DNA of 64,000 nt from Treponemataceae bacterium (GTDB lineage: Bacteria; Spirochaetota; Spirochaetia; Treponematales; Rectinemataceae), in contig CAXXHO010000003.1 in assembly GCA_963667725.2 (NCBI GenBank), positions 1,536,001 through 1,600,000 of the forward strand, read 5' to 3'. Both the position numbers and the translations under genes were made by a program. The notes below the pieces were generated by a model. That model was not told the origin of the DNA, made no database searches, and was given only the letters and a program-made list of their open reading frames with translations. The stretch's first letter is position 1, and every line of letters begins with the position of its first letter. Shown in pieces: positions 61,128-64,000 of this stretch.

Positions 61128-61736
61128 TTAGGCAGGGCGCTGGATGGCCTCGAAATAGTCCTCCACGAGGAGGGCGACGCATTCTTCCTCGCTCTTCCCC
61201 GTCGATGGCGCTGAAATGACACCAGGCGCGACGGCGGGACAGACCATGGCGGCAAAGAGCGCCTCGGTGCGCACCCGGAGCTCCCAGCCAGGATCGATGC
61301 CAAGGGCAGCGGCCACGCGGAGTTCGCACTCGGCGACGAATTCCCAGAAGTACGATCCCGCGCGCGATGACGACAGGGAAGCGTCCGCGCGGCCGCCGTC
61401 CAGCGCGCCCAAGAAGTGCAGCCGCGTCACGGTCGGATAGCGCAGGGCTCCGATACGGAGGTAGGTGGCGATTTCAAGGATTCTGGCCTTGGGATCCCAT
61501 GGCTGAACGTTCAGGAAGCCCTGAAGATCCTCGAGAGCGTTCTTCCATGAAGCGGCCATGGCCGCCGCCATGAGGGCGTCCTTCGTTCGGTAGTGATAGT
61601 TAATGGCCGCGAGATTGACCTTCGCCTCCGCCGAAATGGCTCTGGCTGTCGCGGCCTCGATCCCCTTCTTCTCTATGATGTCGATCGCGGCGGCAAGGAT
61701 TCTCTCCCTTGTGCCCTCTTCGCTCTTCTCAGGCAT
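61128..61736 (-). CDS. TetR-family regulator
   Basis: TRERILAAA, ATARAIS..AKVNLAAINYHY.TKD.L. Confidence 0.92.
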   Translation of the reverse strand: MPEKSEEGTRERILAAAIDIIEKKGIEAATARAISAEAKVNLAAINYHYRTKDALMAAAMAASWKNALEDLQGFLNVQPWDPKARILEIATYLRIGALRYPTVTRLHFLGALDGGRADASLSSSRAGSYFWEFVAECELRVAAALGIDPGWELRVRTEALFAAMVCPAVAPGVISAPSTGKSEEECVALLVEDYFEAIQRPA

Positions 61737-62646
61737 CGCTTCCCCCTTGGCCGCCGCCGAGCGCCTTCTCCACCATCGCTTCGCTCAATTCCCAGAGCCG
61801 GCGCGCGGCGGCCGCGTCATAGGAGCGGCGGGACGATCGCAGCGGAACCGCGTCGCGCCAGTACAGCCCCGTTCGTCCCGCCGCTTCCGGCGAAGAAAGG
61901 AGGGCGGCTATCCCCAAAGCCGGCCGAGCCGGACTCGTGCCGCCCCTCCTCCTCATGCTCCAGAAAAGCCCGGTGAGGCCTTGCGCGTGCTTCTGCCCCA
62001 TATCGGTGTTGACGAGCCCAGGGTCTATGGTGAAAACCATCGGTTTTCCTTCCCCCGATCCAGCCTTAAGCGCGCCAGCATCCAGCCTGCGAGCGAGTTC
62101 GCGGGAGAAGAGCACGTTGGCCAGTTTCGACTGCTCGTAAGCCCAGAGGCCCAAATATCGTCTCTCGAGGCTGGGATCATTCCAACGTATCCATCCATAG
62201 TAATGCGATCCCGAACTGACGGTCGCGATCCTGGAGTCGGCGCTCATCGCGGGCAGAAGTTTCGTCGTGAGGAGGAAGGGAGCAAGGTGATTGACAGCGA
62301 ACTGCATTTCCAGGCCTTCCGCCGTGAGCGTTCTTTTTGCGGTGTAGACGCCGGCGCAGTTCACGAGAGCGTCGATGGGCTTGCCGGAATCGGCGAGACG
62401 AGACGCGAGGTCGGCCACTTCGGCCATGCGGCTCAGATCAGCGAGCTCCTGCTGCGGGGGAGGCGCTCCCGCCTCCTCTGCCGCGCTCTTAAAAGCCTTA
62501 GCGACCGCGGACGTCCGCTCTGGATCGCGCCCGACGAAGACCAGTTCGGCCCCTAATCCCAGGAGCGCCTCAACCGTGGCATAGCCGATGCCCGATGTAG
62601 CCCCCGTGACGACACAGCGCTTTCCCTTCAACGAACAGGCATTCAT
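61729..62646 (-). CDS. Short-chain dehydrogenase (retinol dehydrogenase-like)
   Basis: TGATSGIG, NCAG, VNHL, SS, YEQSK, PG.V.T. Confidence 0.92.
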   Translation of the reverse strand: MNACSLKGKRCVVTGATSGIGYATVEALLGLGAELVFVGRDPERTSAVAKAFKSAAEEAGAPPPQQELADLSRMAEVADLASRLADSGKPIDALVNCAGVYTAKRTLTAEGLEMQFAVNHLAPFLLTTKLLPAMSADSRIATVSSGSHYYGWIRWNDPSLERRYLGLWAYEQSKLANVLFSRELARRLDAGALKAGSGEGKPMVFTIDPGLVNTDMGQKHAQGLTGLFWSMRRRGGTSPARPALGIAALLSSPEAAGRTGLYWRDAVPLRSSRRSYDAAAARRLWELSEAMVEKALGGGQGGSDA

Positions 62647-62708
62647 CCCGCACCTCCGCATGATGTCATAAAAAAATAGCAGAAATGCGGACAGAGGTCA
62701 AGTTCTGT

Positions 62709-62791
62709 TTTATACGATTGTTTTAAACTATGTTTGACATTTTATTCGAAGCGAGATATATTGAACCACACGTTTCAAACAGTTGTTTTAA
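62709..62791. promoter_or_regulatory. Repeated imperfect palindromes, probable TetR operators over divergent promoters
   Basis: tttatacgattgttttaa, ttgaaccacacgtttcaa, ttcaaacagttgttttaa; TTGACA at 62734-62739. Confidence 0.6.
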
Positions 62792-62806
62792 TTTGGAGTA
62801 AAGGCA

Positions 62807-63688
62807 ATGGAAAAAGCAGCAGAATTCGCCGTCGTCACCGGCGCGAGCCAAGGCTTGGGAAAGGCCTTCGCCGAAACATTATCGGCCAATGGCTGGAACC
62901 TCATACTGGTCGCTCTTCCGGGAACGGGCTTGTCGGTCTTCGCGGAGGAGCTGCGCCGCCTCCATGGCTCGATCGTCTTCGCTCTCGAGCTGGATCTCTC
63001 CACGGCAAGCGCCCAGCAGGAATTTCTCGCCTTCGCCCTCGCTAGCGAGAGATCCGTCGCCCTCCTCGTCAACAACATGGGCATAGGCGACAACGGCCTT
63101 TTCGATCTCATCCCCATAGAATTCCAGCGGAGAGTCGTCGACGTAAACATCCAAGCCACCATGGCCATCACCTACGGCCTCGTCGAAAGACTCGCCGCGA
63201 GCAAGGGTAGAATCCTCACCGTCGCGAGCCTGGCCGCCTTCTACCCCATGCCGCTTTTCGCGGTTTATGCCGCGAGCAAATCCTTCCTTCTCCACTGGAG
63301 CATAGCCCTCAGGCACGAACTCTCTCCACTCGGGATCTCGGTCACCGCCCTCACGCCGGGAGGAATCTACACGAGCGAGGCGATCAGGGAGAAGACGAAT
63401 TCGCAAGGCTTTTTCGGCCGCCTCTCATCGAAGGAACCTGCCCAAGTAGCGGAGATAGCCCTGCGGGGCGCTTTCGCGGGCAAAGCCCTCGTCGTTCCGG
63501 GATTTTTCAACAAGACCCTGATGGTGCTGGGAAGCAGATCGCCCAAGGACATGACGGCGAAGGCAATATTCAAGCGCTGGCGCGGCGCCCTGGGAAAGGT
63601 GAAGGAAAGCCATGACTGCGGCTGGTTCAATCGGCCCGCGCCGGCGCGCGAACATCGCTTAGCCGAACAGCGTCACCTCGTCGAATAA
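62807..63688 (+). CDS. Short-chain dehydrogenase
   Basis: TGASQGLG, NNMG, AS, YAASK. Confidence 0.92.
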   Translation: MEKAAEFAVVTGASQGLGKAFAETLSANGWNLILVALPGTGLSVFAEELRRLHGSIVFALELDLSTASAQQEFLAFALASERSVALLVNNMGIGDNGLFDLIPIEFQRRVVDVNIQATMAITYGLVERLAASKGRILTVASLAAFYPMPLFAVYAASKSFLLHWSIALRHELSPLGISVTALTPGGIYTSEAIREKTNSQGFFGRLSSKEPAQVAEIALRGAFAGKALVVPGFFNKTLMVLGSRSPKDMTAKAIFKRWRGALGKVKESHDCGWFNRPAPAREHRLAEQRHLVE

Positions 63689-64000
63689 CGGTACGCCAAG
63701 CCTCCGGCGAGGCTTGCCTGGGCCGAGTCGCCGAACCAGCATTCGCCCTTCCCCCAGACTTCGATCGCGGGACTCAAGGCCGCCTCGAGCCCGACGCCGA
63801 CGATCAGGTTCCTGGTCACCGGCTCCTGGAGGTCGAACCAGGTGGCGGCGCCGTTGGAAGGGGGATAGTCGCTTTCGATGCCGTAGGATCCCTTTCGCAG
63901 GTATTTGAGCGACAGATCGGCCTTGAGGCGGGGGGTTTCCCAGGAAAGCTTCAGCATGTCGAGGATGGTGTCGGGGCCGTAGGGAAAACCGAGGTAGAAG
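63673..64000 (-). CDS. C-terminal part of a hypothetical protein, possibly an outer-membrane beta-barrel; 5' end truncated by the window edge
   Basis: Open frame to the window edge: FYLGFPYGPD..., alternating hydrophobic strands, ends LAYRYSTR. Confidence 0.55.
   Translation of the reverse strand, partial: FYLGFPYGPDTILDMLKLSWETPRLKADLSLKYLRKGSYGIESDYPPSNGAATWFDLQEPVTRNLIVGVGLEAALSPAIEVWGKGECWFGDSAQASLAGGLAYRYSTR

Overview
A GC-rich, gene-dense bacterial chromosome segment with about 55 CDSs. I found no rRNA, tRNA, CRISPR array or recognisable transposase. Class I LysRS, groEL without groES, a Borrelia-like alternative sigma factor and an [FeFe]-hydrogenase suggest an anaerobic spirochete (inference). 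Most genes are housekeeping (PBP, lepB, tsaD, lysS, pepF, ndk, adk, dnaE, livKHMGF, glmS, birA, panE, hflX, argF, ppiC, groEL). The main points of interest are: (1) an RpoS-like sigma gene behind a consensus sigma-54 -24/-12 promoter, resembling the Borrelia RpoN-to-RpoS cascade; (2) a trimeric [FeFe]-hydrogenase whose flavin subunit is a HndB-NuoF-GltD/NfnB fusion; (3) a split heme-DOMON plus cytochrome b561 gene pair; (4) a cluster of a membrane-anchored AraC, a TRAP transporter and a DUF2264 protein; (5) many apparently leaderless genes; (6) two enzymes with altered catalytic motifs; (7) recurrent short tandem duplications at gene ends. All family assignments come from reading motifs by eye; no database searches were run.
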